IMG/VR virus record: IMGVR_UViG_3300038556_000039
Location: 1-33,139 of that record
Strand: one strand, 5' to 3'
DNA length: 33,139 nucleotides
From: a virus
Taxonomy: Duplodnaviria > Caudoviricetes
A program made the translations under genes and the position numbers. Within the stretch, counting starts at the first letter, position 1. Every line of letters starts with the position of its first letter. Under the pieces are notes generated by a model. That model did no database searches. It was not told the origin of the DNA and worked only from the letters and a program-made list of their open reading frames with translations. Shown one piece after another: positions 9,572-17,209 of the stretch.

Positions 9572-9988
9572 TTAAACATTGTACTCAATGCCACCAATGG
9601 ACAGTTCCAGTTCAATCATGGCATGGTTTTCACCGGCCTTGAAAGTCTTGCCTACTTTCTTGAACTTCACTTTAACCAGCCGGTCCGTGCGGAGCACGCC
9701 GGAAGGTGTCAGGCGAGCCACCAGGATGTTGAACGGCCCAATGCGCAGGATGCTCTGCCCTTGCGGAATCGAATCCTGCAACGCATCGTATTCATCCATC
9801 ACCAGCGCAATCTTACCCGTGAAGGTAGACTTGCCGGATATGACGGCATACGGAGACTTTTGCCCAAGCACATGCAGTTCGGAAGTCTCTTCTGTTTCGT
9901 CGTATTCGATGCTTTCAGCAGCCGTGACCTTGTTAGCCAATACTACCTGAATGTTTTCGTAACTATAGTTAGTGCCGTTTACTGCCAT
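9572..9988 (-). CDS. Tail tube protein
   Basis: 138 aa after the sheath gene; NG..YSYENIQV...IEYD..E. Confidence 0.8.
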   Translation of the reverse strand: MAVNGTNYSYENIQVVLANKVTAAESIEYDETEETSELHVLGQKSPYAVISGKSTFTGKIALVMDEYDALQDSIPQGQSILRIGPFNILVARLTPSGVLRTDRLVKVKFKKVGKTFKAGENHAMIELELSIGGIEYNV

Positions 9989-9992
9989 GATC

Positions 9993-11228
9993 TTAGTTGT
10001 TTGCAGGGTTTACTAATTTGAGTTTCACGTTGATAAAGCGTGCGTAACCTTTCGGCTGCACCTGCACCAGGATCGTAATCGAACTGGTGGCCAACACATT
10101 CTGCACCGGATCAATGAACACAGTCACGGCATCCGCTTCCACAGGTATCATCAAATCTTCAATCTGCGTTTTAATGGCATCCTCAAAGGTTTTGATGGTC
10201 AACGGAGAAAGCTGCCCATTGGAAGGGTCCACGCTGATTTCATCCAACAACTCATTCACATACACCTGCCGCGCAATGCGTGCCGCTTTGTTAATCACAC
10301 GGTTGCGCGTGATGTAGCAATAGTCATTGTCGAGCGGCGCACAGGTCGGATCGTCATTGAAATAAAACCCTTCCTGTCCGGTATCCTGCGTGACGAACAA
10401 ATACCCTTTGTCACTGAGTGTGTCCAGGTCGGCATCTGTCAGCAACACTACCTGCTGTGCTCCGGAAAGCACGGCATTTCCCCAACCGGTCGGACCATCC
10501 TTGCGACGGCCAATGTTCACCTGCACCCCGATACCAGCCAGGCGACCCAGGGCAAAACCCACCGCTGCATAGTTGGCACTTCCGGTATGTCCGGCAGCCA
10601 CCAGGGCAGCCTGCCGCACACCATCCCTGCTGATCATCACACTCACATTCGTTGCTGTTTTGGTACGCAGGTTTTCGGCAGCAGCCATGCTGGCAGCCGT
10701 AAACTTGCGGCCTTCGATGATGATGTCAATCGGACGGAATTTTGAAAACTCGTTATCCGCAAAGGCTTGTGCCAGGGGAATGGCAGCAATGGCATCCGCA
10801 CTGATCCCTGCCGTAGGTGCCGTTTCGGCAGCCGACGGATTCAGAGCCACACCCAGCAGCTTGATCAGGCTTTTCTTGCTGGTCAGGTACGTCTGCAACG
10901 CCACGTAATTGGCATTGGCAACCGTGAACAGTTGCGTCAGTGTGGTAGTGGCAGGCACCACCAGCACGTGCAATTCCGTTCCGGCAGGTGCCTTCACGTA
11001 AAAGTCTTTGATGTGTTCCCATGCCAACACATTATTGGTTAGGTCCTTGGCCTGGGTGAATCCCAGGGCTTCGAAATCGGACAGTTGAATGCCGACAAAC
11101 GAAGTACCCACCAGCGCATAGGCAGTGGAATCCAGGGAGATTACCAGCAGCGAAACCCCGTCTTTCGACAGGACGGTGCCACCTATGCCACCGTTTAATT
11201 TTTGAATGGTTACGTTTGGCCTTGCCAT
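9993..11228 (-). CDS. Tail sheath protein (DUF2586-like)
   Basis: HIKDFY..AP.G.EL...GRLA...NIGR..DG...GYLF...GFYFNDD.T...DY.YI..NRVINKAAR. Confidence 0.88.
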   Translation of the reverse strand: MARPNVTIQKLNGGIGGTVLSKDGVSLLVISLDSTAYALVGTSFVGIQLSDFEALGFTQAKDLTNNVLAWEHIKDFYVKAPAGTELHVLVVPATTTLTQLFTVANANYVALQTYLTSKKSLIKLLGVALNPSAAETAPTAGISADAIAAIPLAQAFADNEFSKFRPIDIIIEGRKFTAASMAAAENLRTKTATNVSVMISRDGVRQAALVAAGHTGSANYAAVGFALGRLAGIGVQVNIGRRKDGPTGWGNAVLSGAQQVVLLTDADLDTLSDKGYLFVTQDTGQEGFYFNDDPTCAPLDNDYCYITRNRVINKAARIARQVYVNELLDEISVDPSNGQLSPLTIKTFEDAIKTQIEDLMIPVEADAVTVFIDPVQNVLATSSITILVQVQPKGYARFINVKLKLVNPANN

Positions 11229-11240
11229 ATTGTAGAATTG

Positions 11241-11789
11241 TTAAGTACCTGGTATGACTGCCGGTTGCGGATAAACCGTGTCCGGCGTAATGTTTTTGCC
11301 TAGCTTCAGATCAGCACCCACCTTGATAAACCTGGAGGTATTGAACTTGACTGCATCGGTGATGGTAGTGGTGAATGTGAGCTTATGCACATTCAGATTG
11401 CCGTAATCCACATCCGGTTCGTCATCGGTGCGGACCAGGCCGGTAAACTTTAAACCTGTCAACCCCTGCAACGTCAGGTAAATAGCCTGTGGCAGGTCAA
11501 AGATGTTAGCCAAGGCGTTCAGGCTTTCCGGTGAATTGTAATCGGTGTTCTCGTATAACTCCTGCCCAATGTGCAGCGTCACTGTACAATTACCTGACTG
11601 AACGCCTTGCGCTGTGGATGTCCAATTCACTTTCAGTTCAATCAGTACTGCCGGAAAATCAAAGCTGTTGTGTACGATTTCCTTATCCTGCTCCAGGTTC
11701 TCAAACTGCCGCTTGTACAGGTCAATGTATTTGATCTGCAAACCTGCATTCATCAAAGCGGCACCCAGGGCAATGAACAGTTCTTTCAT
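11241..11789 (-). CDS. Tail terminator/completion protein (Mu gp37-like); start refined to MKELF
   Basis: IKYIDLY..Q...FPAVLIEL..W; upstream of the sheath gene; the longer track start overlaps the tRNA. Confidence 0.7.
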   Translation of the reverse strand: MKELFIALGAALMNAGLQIKYIDLYKRQFENLEQDKEIVHNSFDFPAVLIELKVNWTSTAQGVQSGNCTVTLHIGQELYENTDYNSPESLNALANIFDLPQAIYLTLQGLTGLKFTGLVRTDDEPDVDYGNLNVHKLTFTTTITDAVKFNTSRFIKVGADLKLGKNITPDTVYPQPAVIPGT

Positions 11790-11804
11790 ACATCTGTGTC
11801 GGTG

Positions 11805-11877
11805 TGGCAAGTGCCGGACTCGAACCGGCGACCTTTTGGTTATGAGCCAAACGAGCTACCCACTGCTCTAACTTGCG
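11805..11877 (-). tRNA. tRNA-Met(CAT), initiator (fMet)-like; CCA not encoded
   Basis: CGCAAGT-TA-GAGC AGTGGGTA GCTC-G-TTTGG CTCATAA CCAAA-AGGTC-GCCGG TTCGAGT CCGGC-ACTTGCC-A folds as a full cloverleaf; C1:C72 mismatch and A11-U24. Confidence 0.92.
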
Positions 11878-11878
11878 G

Positions 11879-12313
11879 TTATATACTTTGCTGTTTGCGT
11901 TGCACGTAGCGTGTCTGAATGATGGCATTCAGTTCGGCTTCCGAAATCTTCAGCGAATCACCCAGTTGCTGTGCAATCAGCAATGCGATTTTGGCGTAAT
12001 TGAGTGCTTTCACTTCATCGTTCTGAAGCTTGAGCCACTTCAGGTAGCACGCCACTTTCTGTTCAGCCGTGGTGGCATCCTGGCATTCGTCAATCTTCCA
12101 CAGCAAAACGGATGCTTTGTTCAGGGCATACACCACCTTTACCCGTGCCACATTATCCCAGTTGCCGGGTATCAGGTCGGTAACTTTCACGGCAAAATCC
12201 GAACTCAACGCCTGTTTGATGTCATTGACAACCGTGATGGCTTCGTCAACGTAGGCAAGGGCTTTCCCGGCCTTGCGAAACAAGGAAATGATAAATGCAA
12301 TAATCTTGAGCAT
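11879..12313 (-). CDS. Hypothetical lysis-module protein with amphipathic/hydrophobic N-terminus
   Basis: MLKIIAFIISLFRK; directly after the endolysin. Confidence 0.6.
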   Translation of the reverse strand: MLKIIAFIISLFRKAGKALAYVDEAITVVNDIKQALSSDFAVKVTDLIPGNWDNVARVKVVYALNKASVLLWKIDECQDATTAEQKVACYLKWLKLQNDEVKALNYAKIALLIAQQLGDSLKISEAELNAIIQTRYVQRKQQSI

Positions 12314-12315
12314 GG

Positions 12316-13143
12316 TCAGATGTAGGTAACAGGGGTGAATGCAATGATTCTGAAATGATCCGTAGGACAGATGGACCGTGTACGTTGGTACACCCCGCCA
12401 CCGTCAAACTGCGAACCCTTTTTGCCGGAACTGGTATTGGCTTCGATGGTGATGAACTGGTTAGGTCCGGTCTGCCTGACAACAAAGCCCACGTGGCCTT
12501 GCCACCCCGTTCCCCGCTGCCATACCACAATGCTACCTTCCGGCACCCGGTACACACCACTAAGGACGTAACTGGCTCTGATGCTTTTGGCCGTCACAAA
12601 GGCACGGGCTGCCGCACTGTTGATCATCGGTTCGTGCACATTGGAACGACCGATGCAAAAGGAAACGAAGGCTGCACAGTAACTATGTCCACCACCAAGG
12701 CCCGTGTATCGCAGAAACATTTCTACCTCTTTGCCCCGGTTCGAATTGCGTGGAGATTCGGTAACACCTACATACTTCTTAGCCAGTATCAGGTGCGGTG
12801 GCGTTTCGGCTTTGGATATGGAGGCATGCAGTACCAGTGCCAGTGCCAGGATCAGGGCAAATGCCACCTTTGCTTTCACCGACAGGTCACCCGACTTGAA
12901 AAACTCCGAAAGCTTCAGATCAGGAAACACCCATTTGATTGAAAAGCGTAGCAACAGAATACCCGTCAGTGCATACAACAGGAAAGCAGACAGGCCGGAC
13001 AATTCCGGAATGGTATCGGAGGCATCAAAGCCCATTTTTTCAAGTACGGAAGGCGGAAGGGTTTGCCCCAGCAAGACTACCACCAGGGCAGCCAGTGCCA
13101 CCAGGTAGAGCCATTCGAATATTTTATCTTTTAGATTTGCCAT
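12316..13143 (-). CDS. Endolysin: CHAP-domain peptidoglycan hydrolase with about 3 N-terminal transmembrane segments
   Basis: YCAAFVS (Cys), GHVGFV (His) and TIEANTS motifs; three hydrophobic stretches in the first ~110 aa. Confidence 0.85.
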   Translation of the reverse strand: MANLKDKIFEWLYLVALAALVVVLLGQTLPPSVLEKMGFDASDTIPELSGLSAFLLYALTGILLLRFSIKWVFPDLKLSEFFKSGDLSVKAKVAFALILALALVLHASISKAETPPHLILAKKYVGVTESPRNSNRGKEVEMFLRYTGLGGGHSYCAAFVSFCIGRSNVHEPMINSAAARAFVTAKSIRASYVLSGVYRVPEGSIVVWQRGTGWQGHVGFVVRQTGPNQFITIEANTSSGKKGSQFDGGGVYQRTRSICPTDHFRIIAFTPVTYI

Positions 13144-13333
13144 TTGCCTTTTTGGTTTTTCGCCACTCTAAGTAGCCTTTTTTCAGGTAATGAAGTAATT
13201 CGGTTGTTGCGAATCCAACCACTGCACCAAGCATTGCGAACATACATGTACGGAACCATTCAGCAGTGACAATGGCACCGTAAATGCCACCTGCCAATCC
13301 TGTGATATAAGATAGAATTGAATCTTTGTGCAT
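13124..13333 (-). CDS. Putative holin
   Basis: 69 aa with two hydrophobic segments and a highly basic C-terminus; overlaps the endolysin start. Confidence 0.7.
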   Translation of the reverse strand: MHKDSILSYITGLAGGIYGAIVTAEWFRTCMFAMLGAVVGFATTELLHYLKKGYLEWRKTKKANGKSKR

Positions 13334-13348
13334 GGTTGTAAAGGGAAC

Positions 13349-13378
13349 CCAAAGCCCTACCCGGTGGCAGGGCTTTGG
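13349..13378. terminator. 10-bp hairpin between head and lysis genes; possible terminator or processing site
   Basis: CCAAAGCCCT-N10-AGGGCTTTGG; T-rich tail on the + strand, only a weak U-tract on the - strand. Confidence 0.5.
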
Positions 13379-13382
13379 ATTT

Positions 13383-13865
13383 TTAACGTTCTACATGGAT
13401 TACCTCACCACCGGCACCGCGCACATAGTGTTGAGCATCCGACTCATTTAGGAAAACCATTTCGTTCACTGTGCCCACCCAGAATTCCTTTTGGTTGGGA
13501 TACGTTTCGAAATAGCCTTGAATCTTCTCTTTCCAGTCCACTGGCTCTTCCTGCTCATCCAGTTCATCCACTAAGGATTGTTTGGCAGCTTCAGCGTCAT
13601 CAGCCAGTAACTGTGCAAGCTCTGACGGCTTCAAATGAACTTGCTGATGCAAATCAGGATTCAGATCAGCAATATCAGCCGTGTCATTCAAAGGCGTCTC
13701 AACCGATGTTTGAACGGCAGGCTGCTCCACCACGGTTTCACCCGTGGCAGCAGGGGACGGCGTTACACCGTCCCCGGAAACAGCAGGCTTCTCGGTCGGT
13801 TGGGTTATGATCGGTGTGGCAGGTTCTACAGGTGTAGTGGCTGCCGTCTTTTGTGTCTTTCCCAT
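13383..13865 (-). CDS. Hypothetical head-associated protein; start refined to MGKTQK
   Basis: Pro/Thr/Glu-rich disordered N-terminus with a small C-terminal domain; downstream of capsid. Confidence 0.65.
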   Translation of the reverse strand: MGKTQKTAATTPVEPATPIITQPTEKPAVSGDGVTPSPAATGETVVEQPAVQTSVETPLNDTADIADLNPDLHQQVHLKPSELAQLLADDAEAAKQSLVDELDEQEEPVDWKEKIQGYFETYPNQKEFWVGTVNEMVFLNESDAQHYVRGAGGEVIHVER

Positions 13866-13878
13866 ATATCTATAAAGG

Positions 13879-14100
13879 TTAGGCAGGCTGAACGTCCAGG
13901 TAGTACTGCTTACCAGGCTGATAAAAACCAAACAGGTTTTCATTGGTAATGGTAAGTGTCAGTTTACCTGAAGGAGTGTATTTAGAAAACGATTTATTTT
14001 CCTCAGAATCTCCGTATACAGGTATCAACTCAACGGTCTCGCCTTTGTCCTGTCCTGCCATGTGCAGCAGAACAGAAACGCATAAAAATTTTGCTTTCAT
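13879..14100 (-). CDS. Small conserved-looking phage protein, function unknown
   Basis: KAKF.C...V.L.PVY..SEENKSF.KYTPSG.L.LTITN......PGK.YYLD pattern. Confidence 0.7.
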   Translation of the reverse strand: MKAKFLCVSVLLHMAGQDKGETVELIPVYGDSEENKSFSKYTPSGKLTLTITNENLFGFYQPGKQYYLDVQPA

Positions 14101-14206
14101 AAAGAAGGTTTGTTTAGCCTGGCGAAAGGCAATCGGTCAGGAAAGCACAGTGCCAGGCATTAAACAGTTGTATCAATAAAAGTTAGTAGTGCGGAGTAAT
14201 AGCAGC

Positions 14207-15151
14207 TTATGGCTGTTGAACCAAAGCAATGATGCCTTGAGCCGAACCACGACGCTTGCGGCCACCCATGCGTACCAGGGCTGCATACACGTCACCGTAC
14301 TGGTACGGGCTGTTCAGGTCCTCAAACATATCCACCGTACCCAAGGCAGCTTCCACTGCCGCTTTTTGCCAGCAGACAGCCGCTTCATTGTCGGTGATGG
14401 CAGTGGCTGCACCCACGGCTTTTACCACCGGCGTACCGGCGTTGTCATAGGTGGCAGTCGAACTGCGTTCCATAATATTGAAGCCGAACAGCTTGGTGAT
14501 GATACCGTTTTCAATGTCCAGTTCCTTGCCAAAGTCACGCTTGATCAGGTCGGCATCGTCCTGCAATTGTCCCAGCAGTTCGGAAGGCAGCAGGGCAAAC
14601 CGGTCCGACTTGGGAATGTTCTGTTTGTTCATGGCAACCTGTGCCCGGCGCAAATCCTGGTAGCTGAATTTCTGACGGTTGCCGGTGGCTCCTGGAGCGG
14701 TGGCAGCCGTGGTGGCAGCATTGGCAATGCGTAGCACAGTGGCAGCACTGACAGCCTGTGAACCGGCACCGGCAGCAAAGGCAGACAGCCAGTTGTAAAT
14801 GATGTCATCACCGATCAATTCGGCAATCACAGCCAGGTGTTCCGACAATACCGAATCCATTTTGTCGTAGGACAATTCAATGGTATCCGCGTTCGGAATC
14901 ACGGTTGGATCGGTTGTGTACTCATCAATCGGATACACGATGTCCAGATCGGTCCGGCGCACAGCGGTTGACGGAAACGTGTTGCGGTTGCGAACCACGG
15001 TAGGTTTTGAGCCTGCCTGTTGAATGTGCACAATCTTACCTTCCAGTACGTTTTGATCTACCCGCGTACAGGCTACGGGGTTCAGGTGCGGGTTTTCCCG
15101 GAAAAGGTTGCCCATGATGTAATTCACCCAAAGTTCTTTCTGAATTCCCAT
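14207..15151 (-). CDS. Major capsid protein
   Basis: 314 aa after the protease; G..VHI.QAG..P...ELSYDKMDSV...G.I.KLFGFNIMERS...YGDVYAALVRMGGRKRR. Confidence 0.88.
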   Translation of the reverse strand: MGIQKELWVNYIMGNLFRENPHLNPVACTRVDQNVLEGKIVHIQQAGSKPTVVRNRNTFPSTAVRRTDLDIVYPIDEYTTDPTVIPNADTIELSYDKMDSVLSEHLAVIAELIGDDIIYNWLSAFAAGAGSQAVSAATVLRIANAATTAATAPGATGNRQKFSYQDLRRAQVAMNKQNIPKSDRFALLPSELLGQLQDDADLIKRDFGKELDIENGIITKLFGFNIMERSSTATYDNAGTPVVKAVGAATAITDNEAAVCWQKAAVEAALGTVDMFEDLNSPYQYGDVYAALVRMGGRKRRGSAQGIIALVQQP

Positions 15152-15254
15152 TCTCGTAAAGAATTAGTATTGTGATTAAAAATAGTAGCGAAGTAGTGGG
15201 GTGCCTGCATTCCCAGCGGCACCCCGGTTCAGGTTGGCTTTACAAGCCGGTGAA

Positions 15255-16262
15255 TTACTTTACCTTCACCCCTTTGATAAGAGCGTTATAGGCTTCGGCA
15301 TTGTTGGCACGCAGGTTACCCAATCCCGCAGGATCTTTTTTCTGCCAGTCGGTCAACGTCCAGGTTTTCCGATCATCCGCAATGGTAGTCACAGTACTGC
15401 CCTGGCTCAACTGACTGGTAATGGTCTGATACGCAGGCTTGGCATCCAACAAAGCTTTCACGGCATCGTAGTTCAATTCTGCCAGTGACAGGTAATGCGC
15501 TTCTTCAGCCTTGGTGATTTTGTTGGCAGTCAACGCGGCATCCACCAGCACCTTTGCATTCTGCTTCACGGCGCTCTGCGAAAGCTCCGTTACTTTTTCC
15601 TCAAGGGTTTTGATGGTCGTCTGATTTGCTGTCAGCTTGCCATTCAGCTCATTGACGTTGGCAGTCAGTTCGGATACTTTTTGCAGGGCTTCCGCTTCGG
15701 TTGCGTTGTCAGCCAGGCCCAATTGTTTCAATACTGTTTTCATCGGTATTTGGGTAGGATTATGTGTCGGGTTTAAAATGGATTGCAGCACTTCGGCTGT
15801 CATACCCTGGTCGGACTGTGAAAGCGTCACATTCTTTTTCATGCAAGCCAGGCGTGTGGCGTTTGCCAGGGCAGGAATGTCCGCAATGGAGATTTCCAAC
15901 AGGTCAAACTTGGTTACTACCGGAATCTGCTGACTGGGTATCAATGGATTCTGTTCGTATTCCAACGAATCGTAATCCACGTCAATACCTACAGATACTG
16001 CATTCAGGAAACCTTCAGCCACCTGCCGCGCAATCTTGGCACCCATTTCGTCTTTCTCGTCGAATTCGGGTAGTGCGGTCCAACGTCCGTCTGCATATTT
16101 CAGGTCGGTCCACTTTCCGATCACACCACTCCACCGATCATGCCGGTAGAACATCACAGGGTTTTTCAGAAAGTTTTCAACCGTCATGTTTTCAGCCTTT
16201 ACCCGATACCCGTACCGGTTGATCGAACTGTCCAATACAACAAAACGTGGATAGGTTGGCAT
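15255..16262 (-). CDS. Prohead protease with C-terminal scaffold (Mu I/Z-like); start refined to MPTYPR
   Basis: NPVMFYRHD...IGKW...GFLNAVSVG...LLEISIADIPA..NA protease motifs followed by a coiled-coil C-terminus. Confidence 0.88.
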   Translation of the reverse strand: MPTYPRFVVLDSSINRYGYRVKAENMTVENFLKNPVMFYRHDRWSGVIGKWTDLKYADGRWTALPEFDEKDEMGAKIARQVAEGFLNAVSVGIDVDYDSLEYEQNPLIPSQQIPVVTKFDLLEISIADIPALANATRLACMKKNVTLSQSDQGMTAEVLQSILNPTHNPTQIPMKTVLKQLGLADNATEAEALQKVSELTANVNELNGKLTANQTTIKTLEEKVTELSQSAVKQNAKVLVDAALTANKITKAEEAHYLSLAELNYDAVKALLDAKPAYQTITSQLSQGSTVTTIADDRKTWTLTDWQKKDPAGLGNLRANNAEAYNALIKGVKVK

Positions 16263-16295
16263 GCAGAAAAGAATAATTGTTGCGTGTTGTGGACA

Positions 16296-16427
16296 CAAAA
16301 TTGGAGGGGTTTCTTGCGTCTGCCAAATCGGGTGTTTCCTATGTAATTTGTATATTATATACGATAATGCTATGTTTACATAGGAAATCGCAACTACCTT
16401 CCATTTCACGCAATCCCACTACTTTTA
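16296..16427. promoter_or_regulatory. Divergent late promoter region with a perfect 12-bp inverted repeat
   Basis: TTTCCTATGTAA (16335-16346) and TTACATAGGAAA (16376-16387); near-consensus -7 boxes CAATTTTG (-, 16303-16296) and TACTTTTA (+, 16420-16427). Confidence 0.6.
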
Positions 16428-16429
16428 CC

Positions 16430-16648
16430 ATGCCGATCAGAAAACCAGAACTGATTACGCGTCGCAATGCCGCTATAGTAAAAGACTACCGTGCACTGTA
16501 CAAACAGGGCTACCGTCTTGAGGTCTGTTGTGAGAAGCTGAGTGAAAAGTATTACCTGGCAAGTGGCACCATATACAATATCATATATGCTGCCCAAACC
16601 GCCCTGTCACAGGCTGCCCCATGCACTCCTTCCACTGTTGCTGCATAG
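16430..16648 (+). CDS. Mor/C-like small HTH transcription activator; start refined to MPIRKP
   Basis: RRNAAIVKDY...EKLSEKYYLASGTIYNII resembles the Mor C-terminal HTH (RN..I...LA.KY.LS...IY.II). Confidence 0.7.
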   Translation: MPIRKPELITRRNAAIVKDYRALYKQGYRLEVCCEKLSEKYYLASGTIYNIIYAAQTALSQAAPCTPSTVAA

Positions 16649-16750
16649 CTACGCTTTAACAGTTCTCTAGCACCGTTCAAATGCCGTTTAAACTCTTTCA
16701 GGTTTAACGATTAGCCAACTGCGCGTGTCTTTGGTCGGATCAACCAAAAA

Positions 16751-17209
16751 ATGCGTCTAATGGAAGCTAATGAAGAAACTCCGAAAAAGCGGAGAAAGCG
16801 GAGTCTATCCAACGATGAGTTACGGGAAGTCGCCAAACTCCTGTTCATCCAAACCGACCTTACCCAAAAGGAGATTGCAGCCCGCACCGGTTGCAACGAA
16901 CACGTATTGGGCCGGTGGATCAAAGCCTACAACTGGCACAAGCTGAAAGTTTCTGAGTTCTCCTATAAGGATACCATCCGTGTCAAGCTCCTGGCTCGCT
17001 ACCAGCAGGCATTGGACGACAACGAACCGTTGGACGTGCTGCAAGCCATCAGCATGGAAATTGAAAAGATGCCTGCCACCAGTGTGCCACCCCAGCAGGC
17101 CGTTAAAATCGTCAAGGACCTTACACGCTACTTACTGGAAAAGGACGTCGAGCTAGGCAAGGCTCTGATTGGTCACATGGATGACTTCATCAAAACCCAT
17201 TACTACTGA
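16751..17209 (+). CDS. Terminase small subunit (HTH, DUF1804-like)
   Basis: AKLLFI..DLTQKEIAARTG....LGRWIK..NW; stop overlaps the large-subunit ATG. Confidence 0.75.
   Translation: MRLMEANEETPKKRRKRSLSNDELREVAKLLFIQTDLTQKEIAARTGCNEHVLGRWIKAYNWHKLKVSEFSYKDTIRVKLLARYQQALDDNEPLDVLQAISMEIEKMPATSVPPQQAVKIVKDLTRYLLEKDVELGKALIGHMDDFIKTHYY

Noticed and set aside
11805-11877. tRNA as an integration (att) site
   Set aside because: It is internal to the late operon, no duplicated fragment or integrase is seen, and the element has a transposase
45-16222. Many plus-strand ORFs of 60-195 aa opposite the tail, lysis and head genes
   Set aside because: Antisense shadows of well-supported minus-strand genes, with no recognisable motifs
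16263-16429. Long N-terminal extensions of the protease (from 16409) and activator (from 16277) in the ORF track
   Set aside because: They overlap each other and the divergent promoter; better starts exist at 16262 and 16430
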